From assembly GCF_006345805.1 (NCBI RefSeq), contig NC_043006.1, forward strand, positions 87,358,001 through 87,422,000: a stretch of DNA of 64,000 bases, read 5' to 3'. The stretch is from Octopus sinensis (taxonomy: Eukaryota). Of this stretch, positions 60,486 to 64,000 are shown piece by piece. The position numbers were made by a program, and so were the translations under genes. The notes beneath the pieces are model-generated. The model did no database searches. It was given only the letters and a program-made list of their open reading frames with translations, and was not told the origin of the DNA. Position 1 is the stretch's first letter, and each line of letters opens with the position of its first letter.

Positions 60486-62239
60486 CACACACACACACAA
60501 ACACACACACACAAACATATATATATATACACACTCTCTCTCTCACACACACACACAGATGAATGGATCTCCGCAGCAGTTTTGATTATGAGAATTCAGT
60601 AGTTCAGTCAAGTGAATTACCTGCTCATTGAATTAGCATGTAAGTGAATGAGTATCCTAGACACATATATCCTTAACCTAATTCTCAGACAGAGTGAGTT
60701 TGATGATATTATGTGTGACAACGCTTCAGCTTTAAATTACGATTTTAACTCATTCAGCAGGCTTCTATGCAGTTTCTGTTTACCCAGTTTCATTCACATG
60801 GAATGGACCAATGCAAAGCTACAGAAAATGAGATTTGCCCAATTTATACATTATATAAACATACATAAATACAGGTTTATGTGTATTTGAGTATACATAT
60901 GTGTATGCCTCTGTGTGTGTGTGTGTATACACACATATATATATAAACATACATATGCACATTCATTTATATATATACATATATATATTTATACATGCAT
61001 GAATCTAAATAGATATGTAAACATACATGTATGCACACATGTGCATATATATATATATATATCTGCATACTTACACATATGTATATAAGCACACATGCAC
61101 ACACAAACACTCGTGTATGTTATATTGCTTTATTCACATATTTTGGAAGCTACTATGTAATATTCTGTTAACTTTGTTGCTATGACATCATATCAAACAA
61201 CAGTAACATCAATAATAAATTGTAGTAGTAGTAGTAGTAGTAGTAGTAGTAACCTCTGTTATAGTAATGGCAGAATGCCGAAGTAGTTTGCAATATTGAC
61301 TAACTTTCAAGAGACCTGTGTTGGAAGATAACACGAAACATAAAAACTAAAATCAACATTAAATCATTAACTGCCAGAACCGTTTGGTCACGAATCGGCA
61401 AATATCTCCTCGTTATACATAATCTAAGATTTAAGGCTGACTGACATCAGATCAAATTAGCTGCATTGGTCTGGCATTCGTCTGATATAACAAACAATAG
61501 TATATCACTGACTTTTATGAAAATCGGTTTTAATGCCATGCGGCTTGATGCAAAGATAACAATAAGAAATGCGTACTCTACAAATCTAGGAAGAGTGGGT
61601 CATGGCAGGAGACATTGGGTTAGGTATGATGTGGTGTTTATATCAGTGGTTATCATGGCAGAATCATCTAGGGAGGAGTAACTCTTAAATAGGTTTACAC
61701 TGAAATCCACATATGGTAATGATAGTTGGAGGAGAAAATCTGATAGTGTGTTTGTGGTGGTGTCTGTGTGTGTGTATGTATTTGCATGACTGTGTAGTAG
61801 TGTGTTTGTGTATGTTGAAAGAGATAGAGAGATAGGTATTAAATATATGGTATGACAATAGGCTGGTGACTGCTGGGTTTGAGGAGAAATTTGAATTTAA
61901 CTGATCAAGTACAGAGATTACTTTCACTGTGGTTCATCATTGCATTATTATCATCATCATTATCAACATTATCAACACTGGCACTGTTTATTGACAGCTA
62001 TTACAGCTATTTGCTATTGCAGTTAGAATATCATTATCACCAGTCATTAGTTATCACAACCATCATCATCATAGTATTTTCTGACAGCAGTTTGCTGTCT
62101 CAACAACCATCATTATCATCATTATTATCAAAGGTGTTTAGTGACAGCTGTTTGCCATCACAATCACAAACACTATCACAGCTGTTTTAAAGCGGCAACC
62201 AAACATAAATCGTTATTATCATTATCAAAGGGTACTGGA

Positions 62240-62820
62240 TTATCAGAAACATTAGATCAATACTCAAAATACCTTACTACATTTAGTTATGACTCTTTAC
62301 TGCCTAAGTTCAAACTCCACCAAGGCCAACTTCACTATTTGTCTTTTCAGAGTTGACAAAATAAGGTACCAATCAAGTACCAGATTATGCCCCTCCCCTC
62401 ATATTTCTGGCCTTGTTCCTCAACTGGTGGAATTGCTAGAGAATTGGGAAAATGCTTTGTAATATTTTTTCTGGCTCTTTACATTCAGATCCTGCTGTGA
62501 TCAACTTTGCCTTTCATCCTTTCAGGGTCAATAAAATAAAGTACCAATCATGTACTGGGGCTCAATATTATCAACTAAATCCTCTCCTCAAAATTCTTGG
62601 TTTTGGGCCTTAAGCAAAAAACATTCTTGTTATTATTAAGTGAGCAGGCAGAATCATTTATAAAGCTGGACAAAACTTTCAGTAGCATTTCTTCCACTCT
62701 TAATAAACTCCAACTTTTTCCTTTCAGGGGTTAATAAAATAAAATATCAGTCAAGTACTAGATGTAATCAACTGGGCCACATCCCACTAAAAATGCTGAC
62801 CTTATCCCAAAATTAGAAAG
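62240..62820 (+). mobile_element. Cluster of three degenerate tandem SINE remnants (family of 10150)
   Basis: Repeated CAACTT..C.TT...CCTTTCAGGG..AATAAAATAA.GTACCAATCA motif at about 62330, 62510 and 62715. Confidence 0.55.
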
Positions 62821-62856
62821 AATAACTATTATTATTATTATCATTATTAGTTTTAT

Positions 62857-64000
62857 TCATCATCATCATTGCCTAATATCCTTCTTCCATGCTGGTATTG
62901 GTTAGATAGTTTGACAGGAGCTTACTGAGCAGAAGCCTGCACCATATTTCTGTGTCTATTTTGGCTTGGTTTTATGGCTGGATGCCCTTCCTAACACCAA
63001 CCACTCTGCAGAGTGGGCTGAATGCTTTTTACATGACACCAGCAAAGATGAGGTCAGTTTTGGCATGGTTTTTACTGCTGGATCCCCTTCCACATGCCAG
63101 CCACTCTTTACAATGTGGATTGAATGCCTTTTAAGTGGCACCTGCACTGCCAGGGTCACCAAGTAAATTGACAAGAAAAGGAATCTTTGAGAAGGAAGAG
63201 GGAATTGGAGAAGATGATCTTGTGCTAGATAAAGCAAGGTTGGTGTGTGACAGAGAGACAGAAACAGATGTCTTGCTGTAGAGAAGGTATGTGGTTACTC
63301 AGCCAGAGATAGAGAGAGAGAGAAAGTGAGAGTGTTAACAAGAAAGAGGGCAGAAAGAGAGACAGACAGACAGAGTGAAGAAGAATGAGGGCAGAAATAG
63401 ACATGCCTCTGGAGTGGAGACCCATGGTCACACAAAGAGGGATGAGAGAGTTAACAAAAAAGAGGGCAGAAACAAGTATTACCTAGCCTGAGAGAAGAGC
63501 AAGAGAAGGAAGGAGAGAGGGAGATTGATCAAGGATGAGGGCAGAAACAAGTGTGCTTCTGTAGAGGAGATACATGGTTACCCAGCCAGAAGAGCAAGGG
63601 AAAGATAGAGAGAATGGGAGACAACAAGAGTAAGAAAGAGCTGATAGTGAAGTGCCAGGGCACACTCACAAGGAACAGGGATCAAAGCATAGATGGAGTA
63701 GTAGAGTAAGGAAGAGAGAGATAAATGGTGGCAGGTGCTGGCAGGGCATCACCAAGAAGGTGGAATTAGGGAGTTAAGGTAGGAAATGCTGTGACTGGTG
63801 AGAACCCAGGTATTAGTGAGCAGGACAATGAGGACAGGACTGAGGAGCACAAGATAATCATTGAGGGTCATTTTTAGAACCTCATATTGCCAGACTTCTC
63901 AGTCCATTGTCCTTTTCTCCATGAGACCCAACATCCTGAGATCATTCCTCACCACTTCCTCCCATGGCTTCCTGGACCTCCCTGTTCCACAGGTGCCAAG
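62857..64000 (-). mobile_element. RTE 3' end with expanded GA-rich UTR (continues beyond window)
   Basis: (CAT)n tail at 62857; 63890-63985 matches the reverse complement of the ORF end (RGRPRKTW region). Confidence 0.7.

Overview
AT-rich eukaryotic genomic DNA dominated by repeats. The SINE families, RTE LINE tails and TA/CA microsatellite load suggest a cephalopod (Octopus-like), which is an inference. There are no prokaryotic features, CRISPR arrays, rRNA or true tRNA genes. The window holds decayed DNA transposons: two DD34E Tc1 copies, one DD36E-spaced (Incomer-like) Tc1, mariners, hAT, Helitron and MITEs. Non-LTR retroelements include two RTE families, R4/Dong-like, Tx1-like, a Neptune-like Penelope element and many tRNA-derived SINEs. 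Short host-gene exon candidates exist on both strands but could not be identified. The strongest unexplained signal is a set of minimal type I hammerhead-ribozyme motifs in short, mutually unrelated elements, most bounded by AT microsatellites. One at 8247-8314 has a fully intact core and a palindromic stem III, one sits in a TSD-flanked 190-bp insertion, and one is linked to a Penelope terminus. All structures and protein matches were read by eye and from memory of family motifs; none was computed or database-checked.
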